Source of the DNA: an uncultured Mycoplasmatota bacterium
GTDB taxonomy: Bacteria; Bacillota_I; Bacilli_A; RF39; UBA660
Assembly (NCBI GenBank): GCA_900554315.1
Contig: USGP01000001.1
Span: 36,902-100,901 of the forward strand
Length of the DNA stretch: 64,000 nt
Direction: 5' to 3'
Shown: positions 17,545 through 27,570 of the stretch, one piece after another
Position numbering within the stretch: position 1 is the stretch's first letter
How the letters are laid out: each line of letters starts with the position of its first letter
Translations under genes and position numbers: made by a program
Notes under the pieces: generated by a model
Told to the model about the DNA's origin: nothing
The model's input: the letters and a program-made list of their open reading frames with translations, nothing else
Database searches by the model: none

Positions 17545-19860
17545 ATGAATGCTTGGATAAAGAAGAATTTTAATGTACTTTTAATTATATTTATTTTATT
17601 GCAACCAATATTTGATTTAATTACAGGATTTGGCATACATGTATGGCATGCTAATGTAACAATAGGAATTATTGTTAGAATCTTATTTTTATTATTTATT
17701 TTTTACACGGTAATGTTTGTATACAAAAGGAAACAAAATTGGTTAATTTATGGATTATTACTGGCCTATGGTCTATTTTATATATCAGGAATGATTATGT
17801 ATAAAGATGGAGTAGGGTTATTTGAGGAAATACAAGGATTATGTAGAGTGTTTTATTTCCCAGTATTATTAATTGCTTTATATAGCATAAAAGATGAAAT
17901 AAAAATTAGTAAAATGACTTTAATGGTAGTATTAGTAACATATTTAGTATGTATACTAGTACCAAATTGTCTAAATATAGGATTTGAAACTTATGAAATA
18001 ACCAAAGCAGGTACATTAGGATTCTTTAATTCTGCAAATGAAATAAGTGGAATTATTTCTTTATTAACCCCAATTATGATTTTAATATTTGTAAGTACCA
18101 AAAAGATAATACCAACGATTATAATTTCGGTTTTATACCTATACATTATATTGACTATAGGTACCAAAACTCCACTATTATCATTAGGAATTACAATATT
18201 CTTTGCCTATATATGGTTCATTTATAAAGAAATAAAGCAAAAAAAATATAAGCCAATAGGAATTAGTTTAATAGCTTTAATAGTTTTTATAATAGGATTA
18301 GTTTTAATATTACCAAAGACAACTTTTTATAAAAACATTGAAACACACTTAAATTATTTAAAACTTGATAATGTTACAGAAGTATTTGAAAATGAACATT
18401 TAGTAGATCATTTCATATTTAGTTCAAGATTATCATTCTTAGAAGATAGGCAAACAGATTATATGAAAAGTAATATATATCAAAAACTATTTGGAATCGG
18501 TTACCTAAAGAATAATAAAGAAGCAAAAGCCGTAGAAATGGATTATTTTGATATATATTATAGTCATGGGATTATAGGATTTATCTTATTCTTTGGAATT
18601 TATGGATATATTTTCTATTTAATTATGAAAGATAGAAGAAAGTTAGATTTTGAACAATACATGTTATACGTAAGTGTTATATTAAGTATATTCTTATCTT
18701 TCTTTACAGGACATATTATAACAGCACCAGCAGTAAGTATATTAGTAACGGTATTATTATTAATGCTTGCAAAAACTAAAAAGAAAAAACTTCTATTTAC
18801 AGCTTACAGTTTAAATGTAGGCGGAATAGAGACTGCTCTTATAAACTTAGTAAATAGAATTAATTTAGATAAATATCAGGTTGAAATATTATTAGAGAAA
18901 AAAGAAGGTATTTTCCTAGATAAAGTAAAAGAAGAAATTACAGTAAAAGAATATAAAGTATATGATAATAGAAATATTATGATAAGGAAATTTTTAAATC
19001 TTACAAAAAGATTACTATTTACACTAACAAACTATCATACATATGACTTTAGTTGTTGCTATGCTACATATAGTTTAAGTGGAAGTAAGCTAGCAAAAAT
19101 AGCCTCAAAGAATAATGCCTTTTATGTTCATAATAATTATAAAGATTTATATAAAGATGAAAAGAAAGAAAAAGAATTCTTTGATAATAGAGGAATAGAA
19201 AATTTTGGACATATTATCTTTGTATCAAATGAATACCAAAAAGAGTTTTTAAGATTATATCCAAATTTAAAAAACAAAGTATTAGTATTAAACAATTTTA
19301 TAGATACAAAAAGTATTTTAGAAAAGAGCAAAGAAGAAGTAAAAGAAAAAAAACCAAAAGATAAAAAACTATTTGTCTTTGTAGGTAGATTAGATGATGA
19401 TGCCAAAAAAGTAGGAAGAGCTATATTACTAGCAAAAGAAATAAAAGAGATGGAATTATGGCTAGTAGGAGATGGACCAGATAGGGGAAAATATGAGGAA
19501 TTAGTAAAAAAAGAAAGAGTAGTATCTAGAGTTAAATTCTTAGGAAAGCAAAAAAATCCATATCCTTATATGAAAATGGCAGATTATGTTCTTATGACAT
19601 CAGACTATGAAGGCTTCCCAGTTATTTATTTAGAGGCAATCACTTTACAAAAACCATTAATCACAACAATAGATGTTAGTGATGATAAACTAAATATTGG
19701 AAAAGATTATGCTACAATTATTTCAAAAGATCAAAAAGAAATGACAAAACAAGTAAAAGAAATTCTAAAAAGGTCATCTAAAACAAAGAAAATAGATATC
19801 GAAAAATTACAAGCAACACGAATGGATGATTTTGAAAAATTATTTGATGGAGTGATATAA
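17545..19860 (+). CDS. fusion protein: O-antigen ligase/polymerase-like (Wzy_C-type) polytopic domain + C-terminal GT4 (GT-B) glycosyltransferase
   Basis: 771 aa. About 400 aa with >=10 TMs, including a large loop after LTIGTKTPLLSLGI. Then LLFTAYSLNVGGIETALINLV...FVFVGRLDDDAKK...LVGDGPDR...SDYEGFPVIYLEAITLQKPLITT. Confidence 0.75.
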   Translation: MNAWIKKNFNVLLIIFILLQPIFDLITGFGIHVWHANVTIGIIVRILFLLFIFYTVMFVYKRKQNWLIYGLLLAYGLFYISGMIMYKDGVGLFEEIQGLCRVFYFPVLLIALYSIKDEIKISKMTLMVVLVTYLVCILVPNCLNIGFETYEITKAGTLGFFNSANEISGIISLLTPIMILIFVSTKKIIPTIIISVLYLYIILTIGTKTPLLSLGITIFFAYIWFIYKEIKQKKYKPIGISLIALIVFIIGLVLILPKTTFYKNIETHLNYLKLDNVTEVFENEHLVDHFIFSSRLSFLEDRQTDYMKSNIYQKLFGIGYLKNNKEAKAVEMDYFDIYYSHGIIGFILFFGIYGYIFYLIMKDRRKLDFEQYMLYVSVILSIFLSFFTGHIITAPAVSILVTVLLLMLAKTKKKKLLFTAYSLNVGGIETALINLVNRINLDKYQVEILLEKKEGIFLDKVKEEITVKEYKVYDNRNIMIRKFLNLTKRLLFTLTNYHTYDFSCCYATYSLSGSKLAKIASKNNAFYVHNNYKDLYKDEKKEKEFFDNRGIENFGHIIFVSNEYQKEFLRLYPNLKNKVLVLNNFIDTKSILEKSKEEVKEKKPKDKKLFVFVGRLDDDAKKVGRAILLAKEIKEMELWLVGDGPDRGKYEELVKKERVVSRVKFLGKQKNPYPYMKMADYVLMTSDYEGFPVIYLEAITLQKPLITTIDVSDDKLNIGKDYATIISKDQKEMTKQVKEILKRSSKTKKIDIEKLQATRMDDFEKLFDGVI

Positions 19861-20768
19861 TGCCAAAGTTTAGTATTGTAATACCAGTCTATAACGTAGA
19901 AAGATATTTAAAAAGAACCCTAGATAGTGTGTTTAATCAAACATATCAAGACTTTGAAGTAATTGTAGTAAATGATGGATGTACAGATAAAAGTATGAAT
20001 ATTGCTAAAAAATATAAAGTTAAAATAATTGATAACCAACGAGTAGGAGTAAGTGAAGCAAGAAATATAGGTGCAAAACAAGCAATAGGAGAATACTTAC
20101 TCTTCCTAGATAGTGATGATTACTGGGATAAAGAATTATTAGAAAAGATAAATAAAAGTTTAGATAACAAACCAGATCTAGTAAGATTTCAAGTAAGAAC
20201 AGTCACCGATAAAAATGAAATTACAGACTATAACGAAGATGAGTTTACAGGATTAACAGGTGTTGAAGCTTTCAATAAAATAGTAAATTTTCATTTTATA
20301 GAAAGTATTTGGTGCTATGCTATAAAAAAAGAGTTTTATGAAAGAGAAAAGTTTAAATTTAAAAAAGATATGATTCATGAAGACTTTGGATTAACTCCAT
20401 TAATTATTATAAAAGCAAATAAAGTAAATTCTATTTCTTATATTGGGTATAACTATTACAGAAGAACAGGAAGTATTATGAACACAAATGATTATAGTTG
20501 GACACAAAGAAAAGTACATGATTTTTATTATCATTATCAATACTTAAAAAAAGAAATAGAAAAGGTAAAAGGAGACACATCCATATTTAAAAGTTACATT
20601 GCAAATAGTATGTTAAAAAAAATTTGTGAATTAGATAAAAAAGATTATCAAGAATACAAAAAAAGAATAAAAAAGGATAAAGTAGAAAAAGACTTACTAA
20701 CAAATACTTTACCAAGAAAAATCAAAAAAGTAATTGTTTCAATAAGTCCAAAATTGTATTATAGATAG
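19860..20768 (+). CDS. GT2 family glycosyltransferase
   Basis: FSIVIPVYNVERYLKRTLDSVFNQTYQDFEVIVVNDGCTD and FLDSDDYW motifs. Overlaps the upstream stop (ATAATG). Confidence 0.85.
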   Translation: MPKFSIVIPVYNVERYLKRTLDSVFNQTYQDFEVIVVNDGCTDKSMNIAKKYKVKIIDNQRVGVSEARNIGAKQAIGEYLLFLDSDDYWDKELLEKINKSLDNKPDLVRFQVRTVTDKNEITDYNEDEFTGLTGVEAFNKIVNFHFIESIWCYAIKKEFYEREKFKFKKDMIHEDFGLTPLIIIKANKVNSISYIGYNYYRRTGSIMNTNDYSWTQRKVHDFYYHYQYLKKEIEKVKGDTSIFKSYIANSMLKKICELDKKDYQEYKKRIKKDKVEKDLLTNTLPRKIKKVIVSISPKLYYR

Positions 20769-20783
20769 AAGTAGAGGTGTCTT

Positions 20784-21788
20784 ATGAAAAAGGAAAGTAA
20801 AAAAGAAGAAATAAATGTAAAGAAAGAGAAGATATCAGTTGTTGTTCCTTGCTACAATGAACAAGAATCATTACCAATTTTTTATGAGGAAATTACTAAA
20901 ATTGCAAAAGAGATGAAAAATCAAGATTTTGAATTTTTATTCATTAATGATGGTAGTAAAGATGATACATTAAAAATATTAAAAGAATTAGCCCAAAAAG
21001 ATGAAAGGGTAAGATTTATATCTTTCTCTAGAAACTTTGGTAAAGAAGGGGGCATGTATGCAGGACTAGAGAATGCTACTGGAGACTATGTTGCGATAAT
21101 GGATGCTGATATGCAAGATCCACCTGCTATGATTAAAACAATGTATCATGATATCAAAGAAGAAGGTTATGACTGTGTTGCTTTATGTAGCCCAAGCCAT
21201 AAAGGATATAGTCCTCTAAGAAAATTCTTTACAAATTGCTGGTACAAATTAATTGGAAAAATATCATCTACTCCTCAAGTACCAGGAGCAAGAGATTTTA
21301 GATTAATGAAAAGAAAAATGGTAGATGCCATTGTTAATATGAAAGAATATAATCGTTATTCCAAAGGAATCTTTAGTTTTGTAGGGTTTAATACCAAATG
21401 GATAGAATATGAAGCTCCAGATAGAGTAGCAGGAACATCCAAATTTAACTTCTGGAAGTTATTTAAATATGCACTAGAGGGAATATTAGCATTCTCAACT
21501 ACACCATTAGTAATATCTGCAATCATCGGTTTGATTTTCTGTTTAATCGCTTTTATCGCAATCATTGTAATTATTATAAAAACTTTAGCTTTTGGAGATC
21601 CCGTAGGAGGATGGCCATCACTTGCATGTATGATAATGTTTGTCAGTGGAGTACAATTATTCTTCCTAGGAGTATTTGGAATGTATATGTCAAAACTATA
21701 TCTAGAAGTAAAGAAAAGACCAATCTATATTCCATCTGAAACAGAAAAAGACTTAAAAGAAAAAGAAAGTAAGAAAGAAGAAAAATAA
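20784..21788 (+). CDS. polyprenyl-phosphate glycosyltransferase (GtrB/CsbB/ArnC-like GT2 with two C-terminal TMs)
   Basis: ISVVVPCYNEQESLPIFYEEI, FLFINDGSKDDT, RFISFSRNFGKEGGMYAGLENATGDYVAIMDADMQDPP, and two C-terminal TM helices. Confidence 0.85.
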   Translation: MKKESKKEEINVKKEKISVVVPCYNEQESLPIFYEEITKIAKEMKNQDFEFLFINDGSKDDTLKILKELAQKDERVRFISFSRNFGKEGGMYAGLENATGDYVAIMDADMQDPPAMIKTMYHDIKEEGYDCVALCSPSHKGYSPLRKFFTNCWYKLIGKISSTPQVPGARDFRLMKRKMVDAIVNMKEYNRYSKGIFSFVGFNTKWIEYEAPDRVAGTSKFNFWKLFKYALEGILAFSTTPLVISAIIGLIFCLIAFIAIIVIIIKTLAFGDPVGGWPSLACMIMFVSGVQLFFLGVFGMYMSKLYLEVKKRPIYIPSETEKDLKEKESKKEEK

Positions 21789-22754
21789 ATGACTGACATT
21801 AGTATTATTGTACCAATATACAATGCTGAAAAATATTTAAATAAATGTATTAAATCACTAATAAACCAAACGAAACAAGAATTAGAATTTGTTTTAGTAA
21901 ATGATGGTTCTACTGATACATCTGAAGATATTATAAAAAGCTATAAAGATAAAAGAATTAAATACTTTAAAAATAAAAATCAAGGGATTGGTAAAACAAG
22001 AAATTTTGGAATAGATAAAGCAACAGGGAAATATATTATGTTCCTAGACAGTGATGACTATCTAGCAACTCATGCCTGTGAAGAATTATTTAATAAAGCA
22101 GAAAAAGATAACTTAGACTTAGTAATAAATAATTTTTATAGAGTAGAGGAAGAAACAGACCAACAAGAAGAAATAAAAATACCAGAATTTAAAAACACAA
22201 CATTAAAAGAAAATAAAAATTTGTTACTAGATGTAAATTTAGCACCCTGGAATAAACTTTACAAAACAAGCCTTTTAAAGAAAAATAAAATTAAGTTTGT
22301 AGAAGACTTAAAATATGAAGATGCTCCATTTGTAGTAGAAACAATGGATAAAGCTAAAAAAATCGGACAAGTTTCAGAATGCTTAAATTATTATATCATT
22401 CATAAAAATAGTGAAACTACAGTAAGAGATAAAAAGATATTTGATATAATAGAAATCGTTGATAAAATAAGAAAGTATTTTTCTAAAAGAAAAGAGTTCA
22501 CAGAAACTGTGGATAAATTATCTGTAAGAATCTTAACCAATTATACAATTCAACAAAGAGTACAACAGGATAGAGAAGTAGGAAAAGAATTTATTGATAA
22601 AGCTTTTAAATACATGAAAGAAAATATTCCAGACTATAAAGATAATAAATATTATGAAAACAGAGGATTTTTAAGAAGAACAATAGAAAAAAATAAATTC
22701 TTAACAAAAACATATTGTAATTATTATAGGAAGAAGCACAAGATTGGAGACTGA
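21789..22754 (+). CDS. GT2 family glycosyltransferase
   Basis: ISIIVPIYNAEKYLNKCIKSLINQT...FVLVNDGSTD and FLDSDDYL motifs. Confidence 0.85.
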   Translation: MTDISIIVPIYNAEKYLNKCIKSLINQTKQELEFVLVNDGSTDTSEDIIKSYKDKRIKYFKNKNQGIGKTRNFGIDKATGKYIMFLDSDDYLATHACEELFNKAEKDNLDLVINNFYRVEEETDQQEEIKIPEFKNTTLKENKNLLLDVNLAPWNKLYKTSLLKKNKIKFVEDLKYEDAPFVVETMDKAKKIGQVSECLNYYIIHKNSETTVRDKKIFDIIEIVDKIRKYFSKRKEFTETVDKLSVRILTNYTIQQRVQQDREVGKEFIDKAFKYMKENIPDYKDNKYYENRGFLRRTIEKNKFLTKTYCNYYRKKHKIGD

Positions 22755-22759
22755 GAAAT

Positions 22760-24085
22760 ATGATAGAAAAAATAAAAAACATAAAACTATCAAAAAAACA
22801 ACAAACAATCATTATTCTAGCTAGTATCTTTATCATGATGTTAGTATTAAACTTGTTAACACCATTATTAGCAGATGATTATTCCTACTCTTTAAGTACA
22901 GATAATACTAAAATTAATAGCTTAATGGACATTATGAATTATCAAATACAACATTATTTACATTGGGGAGGAAGAACAGTTGCGCATACAATTGCACAAT
23001 GTTTTCTTATGTTTCCTAAATTCATTTTTAGTATTGTTAATTCGCTAATGTACATTATATTAATATATTTAATATATTTACATGCCAAAGATAATTCTAC
23101 AACTCAAAAACCAATATTACTATTATTAATTCATCTTGGGTTATGGTTTTTATTACCAGTATTTGGACAGACATGCCTATGGTTAGTTGGTTCGTGCAAT
23201 TATCTTTGGACAACAGTAATTATTTTACTTTTATTATTACAATATAGAAAAAGTAGCGGCAACAACGATACAATAAAACAAATAATAGGAACCTTTTTGT
23301 TAGGTATTATAGCAGGATGGACAAATGAAAATACTTCTGTCGGATTATTAGTTATAATTGTTGGATTGTTAATTATAAAGAAAGCTAGATATCAAAAAAT
23401 AAAGAAATGGGAAATTGGTGGATTAATTGGATCATTAGTAGGCTTCTTTACGTTAATATTAGCTCCAGGAAATTTTGTAAGATCAGAAAGTTTTGTAGAT
23501 AAAACATTTATACTAGTAAAGTGGCTAAAAAGAATACTAGATAATACAACGACAATGTTACAATATACCATGCCTATTTTAGTGTTAGGAATTATTTTAG
23601 TAACTATTTATGTATATAATAAAAAGAAAATAAAGCCAGAATTTTTTATATATGTAATAGCAGGATTTTCTGCAATTTATGCGATGGTTTTATCACCAAC
23701 CTTTCCAGCAAGAGCATGGTTTGGAGTAATAGTATTTTGGATAATTGCATGTACACAATTAATTTATAATTTAGAAGATATAAGTAAAAAATTTAAGCCT
23801 ATAATAATAGATGCAGTGATAATATTAGCAATTTTATGTATAAACCCAGTTTTAACTACAGCAAAGGAAACATTGAATCTACATAGAGTATGGGAGTATA
23901 GAATTGAGTATATTGAGAAAGAAAAAAAATTAGGAAACAAGAATATTGAACTTTCTGCTTATTATACCAATGATAACCATAGTCCTAATTATGGTATACC
24001 AGATATTGGAAGTTCAAAAAAAGGATGGCCTAATGTAGCTATTGCATATTATTATAAAATAAAATCTATAAAGTCTAACACCTAA
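22760..24085 (+). CDS. polytopic membrane protein, putative GT-C-type glycosyltransferase or polymerase
   Basis: 441 aa, >=10 predicted TMs, first-loop acidic motif LLADDYSYS. Sits inside the glycan locus. Family not confidently recognised. Confidence 0.6.
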   Translation: MIEKIKNIKLSKKQQTIIILASIFIMMLVLNLLTPLLADDYSYSLSTDNTKINSLMDIMNYQIQHYLHWGGRTVAHTIAQCFLMFPKFIFSIVNSLMYIILIYLIYLHAKDNSTTQKPILLLLIHLGLWFLLPVFGQTCLWLVGSCNYLWTTVIILLLLLQYRKSSGNNDTIKQIIGTFLLGIIAGWTNENTSVGLLVIIVGLLIIKKARYQKIKKWEIGGLIGSLVGFFTLILAPGNFVRSESFVDKTFILVKWLKRILDNTTTMLQYTMPILVLGIILVTIYVYNKKKIKPEFFIYVIAGFSAIYAMVLSPTFPARAWFGVIVFWIIACTQLIYNLEDISKKFKPIIIDAVIILAILCINPVLTTAKETLNLHRVWEYRIEYIEKEKKLGNKNIELSAYYTNDNHSPNYGIPDIGSSKKGWPNVAIAYYYKIKSIKSNT

Positions 24086-24144
24086 TAAAAATAATAAATA
24101 TAGAAAGGGAAAAATGTTGAAAAAGAACATTTTATAGTAAAAAT

Positions 24145-25893
24145 ATGATTAAAAAAAGTAAAAAGGAACAAATTTATAATACCCTACAACAATCTTCATT
24201 TTTTCTATTAATAGTAACTACACTAATACTAATTATAACGAACTTATTATTTGTATTTAATATAACAATAACACCATATCATCTACCAATTATATATATT
24301 TTTACAACAATAGGATATATGATTTGGAAAAAGAAAGAATGGAAGAAAGCAATTATTGCGATAGCAATTGCTTCAGTTGTATTTATTGGATGCGCTTATG
24401 CAGCTACAAAAACGTATGATGGAACACCAGATGGAAATACATATCATAAGTTGGCTGTAGGTGCACTAAAGAATGGATGGAACCCACTTTATGAAAGTGT
24501 AGGGGATTTTAATAAGAAAGAAGGTAATCCATTTGATGTTTATAAAGATAATGTAAATGTTAATTGGGTAGATCACTATGCAAGGGGAACTGAAACATTT
24601 GGTGCAGTAGTATACGCATTTAGTGGAAATATTGAAACAGGAAAAATGTTTAATTTATTGTGGATATACATAGGTTTATTCGTTATATTTGGGCTTTTAA
24701 AGCAAATGAATCTTAATAATTGGAAAAGCTTATTAATAGCAATTATTTTAGCATTTAATCCAATTATGTTAGTACAAATAGCAAATTACTATTTGGATGG
24801 AGTATTAGCAATTAGTTTATTTATTATCATACTATGTTGCTTATTGCAATTTAAAAAATTATCACCAGAAGAATCAAAAATGAACTATCTTATTTTAGGA
24901 ATGGCAATAATTTGGTGTTGTAATGCCAAATTTACTGGTCTAGCATTTGCAGCCGTATTCTGTGGAGTGTATTACCTTTACAAACATATTAAAAATTATA
25001 TTAAAGACAAAAATAATTTTAAAAAGATATTTATAAAAGATACAATATTTTATGTAGTTACTGTGTCAATTGCAGTGTTAATAGTAGGTGGTTCGACTTA
25101 CACCAAAAATATGATTGATCATGGAAATCCGTTATATCCATTATACGGAAAAGGGCACGTTGATAATATGGTAATGATGGAGATTCCTAAATCATTACAA
25201 GATAAAAATAGATTAACAATCTTCTTAACAAGTATATTTGCTAAAGGAGAAAATGTTTCTCCTAGTTATTCTGATGAAGGAAACGAGCCGGATTTAAAAG
25301 TTCCTCTAACTTTCACACAGGAAGAACTTGATAATTATTCAATACCAGATATTAGAATGGGAGGATTTGGTCCACTGTTTAGTGCAATTTTTATTCTAAG
25401 TATAATTGGTACAATATGTATTATTGTAGAGTATATAAGAAATAAAAATTGGAATCAATTAATTCCATATATAATTACTTTAGGATTAATTGCCTGCTTA
25501 ATTTTATTTTTAGATGGAGGGTATTGGTCCAGATATATACCATATTTCTATTTGGTACCAGCTTTCGTATTGATTCATTATTTACAAAAAGAATTTAAAG
25601 CACATAAAGTAGCAAATATTTTTGCCCTAGTAATAGTAATTATTTTTATAGTTAATTCTGGATTAATATTTAGAACACAATACCATAGTATTATTGGTAA
25701 TAATGAATATGTTCAAATTAGGATAGATAGATTCAAAACTTATGCAAATGAAAATAAAAACAAAAAAATCCTTATAAATCTACAACATCATGGCATTCAA
25801 GGAGTACAATATAATATTGATGATTTAGGAGTTAAAAACTATAAGTTGACAGATAAAAAACAGAAAAATGACGGATATATGTTTACGTATTAA
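24145..25893 (+). CDS. polytopic membrane protein, putative GT-C-type glycosyltransferase
   Basis: 582 aa, many TMs with soluble loops. No canonical SD before ATG 24145. Family not recognised. Confidence 0.55.
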   Translation: MIKKSKKEQIYNTLQQSSFFLLIVTTLILIITNLLFVFNITITPYHLPIIYIFTTIGYMIWKKKEWKKAIIAIAIASVVFIGCAYAATKTYDGTPDGNTYHKLAVGALKNGWNPLYESVGDFNKKEGNPFDVYKDNVNVNWVDHYARGTETFGAVVYAFSGNIETGKMFNLLWIYIGLFVIFGLLKQMNLNNWKSLLIAIILAFNPIMLVQIANYYLDGVLAISLFIIILCCLLQFKKLSPEESKMNYLILGMAIIWCCNAKFTGLAFAAVFCGVYYLYKHIKNYIKDKNNFKKIFIKDTIFYVVTVSIAVLIVGGSTYTKNMIDHGNPLYPLYGKGHVDNMVMMEIPKSLQDKNRLTIFLTSIFAKGENVSPSYSDEGNEPDLKVPLTFTQEELDNYSIPDIRMGGFGPLFSAIFILSIIGTICIIVEYIRNKNWNQLIPYIITLGLIACLILFLDGGYWSRYIPYFYLVPAFVLIHYLQKEFKAHKVANIFALVIVIIFIVNSGLIFRTQYHSIIGNNEYVQIRIDRFKTYANENKNKKILINLQHHGIQGVQYNIDDLGVKNYKLTDKKQKNDGYMFTY

Positions 25894-25912
25894 TAAGAGA
25901 GAAGGATTTGAT

Positions 25913-27478
25913 ATGAAGTATTTAAAATATATAGTTGCTATTATAGCTATATTAGTTTGTATAATAATATTTGGATTAAATATTATATATATGTCTGATG
26001 TATGTGATTCGTGGCAGGAAATTGTGAGTATTTCATATTTTGGAATAGGGAATTTATTAATTACAATTTTAATAGCAACAGGCCTTATTAAAATCATCAA
26101 TTGGATAGAACAAAAAAGAGAAAAGAATGAAAAAAAGATATCTTCTAAAAAGAAATATATAATAATCGGACTAGCATTATTAGTATATATAATAATTGGA
26201 ATTATATGGGTAGTATTAAGGGATTCTACTCCAATAGCTGACTCCATGAGAGTATATGAAGCAGCAACAGATATTTTTAAAGGAAGAAATTTAACAAGCG
26301 TGAGATATTTTGAATTAAATCCTCAAAATCTTTCTATATCATTTTTCTTTTCTTTATTATTTACCATTTTTCATTCTAATAGTTTATGGATAATTAAAAT
26401 AGCAAATATTATTGCTAATTGTTTTACTATAATAGGTTTATTTTTAATTACAAAACTATTAAAAAAAGACTATGATATAAATGAAACAAAAAGCTTAGTA
26501 TTATCATTAACCTATATACCTATTATTCTATTAGTAAATTTTATATATGGAGATATTATTAGTTTGCCATTTAGTGTATTTAGTATTTACTTTACGATGA
26601 AGTATGGAAAAGAAAATAAAGTTTATCACTTATTGATTTCGGCATTCTTAATGATGATAGCAGTAATATTAAGAATGAATAATCTGATATTAGTTATAGC
26701 TAGCATATTATACTTAATACTAAATCTACAAATAAAAGATAAAAGCCTAGATAAAAAAGAAAAAGCAAAAAAAATAGGAATAAAATTGACCTTGATGATA
26801 GTATTTATCATAATTTCATTAGTTCCTTCTAAAATAGCAACAGCAACTCTACAAAATCAATATGATTTAGATAAAAAAAGGGAAATACCAGCGACTAGAT
26901 ATATTGCAATGGGAATGCAAGAAGGGACAAGAGCAAATGGTTGGTATAATTCTGAAACAGGGGACATTGCACATACAGAGAAAAAGATCAACCATGAACA
27001 ATATAATGATATGATAAAAGAAAGATTAACATATTTTTCTAATCATATCCCATATACAATAAAGTTTTATATAAAAAAAGTAGCTTCAATGTGGACAGAG
27101 CCTCTACAAGAATCAATTTGGCAAAACTTAAGCTTTAATTTTGAAAGTTTAGGAAAAAATAAAACTTTCTCTAAAACCCAAATAGCTTCATTAGAAGAAA
27201 TGGATGCAAAAATATTAAATAATGAAAAAATAATACAACTTTATTTAAAAGCAATAATATTTATTATTTTTGGAACAGTTATATTATTTATGATTCAAAA
27301 TAGAAAGAGACTTTCCAATGAAACAATATTATTATTACTAGTATTTTTAGGTGGATTCTTTTTCCATATATTATGGGAAGGTAAATCTAGATATATAATT
27401 CCATATTTGATAATTTTGATTCCATTAGCAAGTATAAAAATAAAAGAGGTAAAAATAAAGAAAATTTTAGCTAAATAA
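25913..27478 (+). CDS. polytopic membrane protein, ArnT/PMT-like (GT-C) glycosyltransferase candidate
   Basis: The track ORF begins at 25868, overlapping the upstream gene. ATG 25913 follows GAAGGA with good spacing. >=11 TMs. The first loop DSTPIADSMRVYEAA resembles the GT-C acidic loop. Confidence 0.6.
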   Translation: MKYLKYIVAIIAILVCIIIFGLNIIYMSDVCDSWQEIVSISYFGIGNLLITILIATGLIKIINWIEQKREKNEKKISSKKKYIIIGLALLVYIIIGIIWVVLRDSTPIADSMRVYEAATDIFKGRNLTSVRYFELNPQNLSISFFFSLLFTIFHSNSLWIIKIANIIANCFTIIGLFLITKLLKKDYDINETKSLVLSLTYIPIILLVNFIYGDIISLPFSVFSIYFTMKYGKENKVYHLLISAFLMMIAVILRMNNLILVIASILYLILNLQIKDKSLDKKEKAKKIGIKLTLMIVFIIISLVPSKIATATLQNQYDLDKKREIPATRYIAMGMQEGTRANGWYNSETGDIAHTEKKINHEQYNDMIKERLTYFSNHIPYTIKFYIKKVASMWTEPLQESIWQNLSFNFESLGKNKTFSKTQIASLEEMDAKILNNEKIIQLYLKAIIFIIFGTVILFMIQNRKRLSNETILLLLVFLGGFFFHILWEGKSRYIIPYLIILIPLASIKIKEVKIKKILAK

Positions 27479-27494
27479 GTAGCTAAAATTTTTT
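27465..27494 (+). terminator. intrinsic terminator
   Basis: TTTTAGCT-AAATAAGT-AGCTAAAA hairpin spanning the stop codon, followed by T6. Confidence 0.65.
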
Positions 27495-27570
27495 GTTAAT
27501 AGACAAAAAATAAAAAATGATGTAATATGAAAGTATATAAAAATACATACTATGGGGATAAGGTGAATAT

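Noticed and set aside
24111-24133. Hairpin AAAATGTT-GAAAAAG-AACATTTT with a 7-codon mini-ORF (MLKKNIL) preceded by AAAGGGA, just upstream of the 582-aa membrane protein gene.
   Set aside because: The stem is short and AT-only, with no trailing T-run beyond the stem. The mini-ORF is too short to evaluate. It could be a leader or attenuator, but the evidence is insufficient.
25868-25912. Longer start (ATG 25868) for the third membrane protein, overlapping the upstream gene by 26 nt.
   Set aside because: ATG 25913 has a proper SD (GAAGGA), lies after the upstream stop, and begins directly with the hydrophobic N-terminus.
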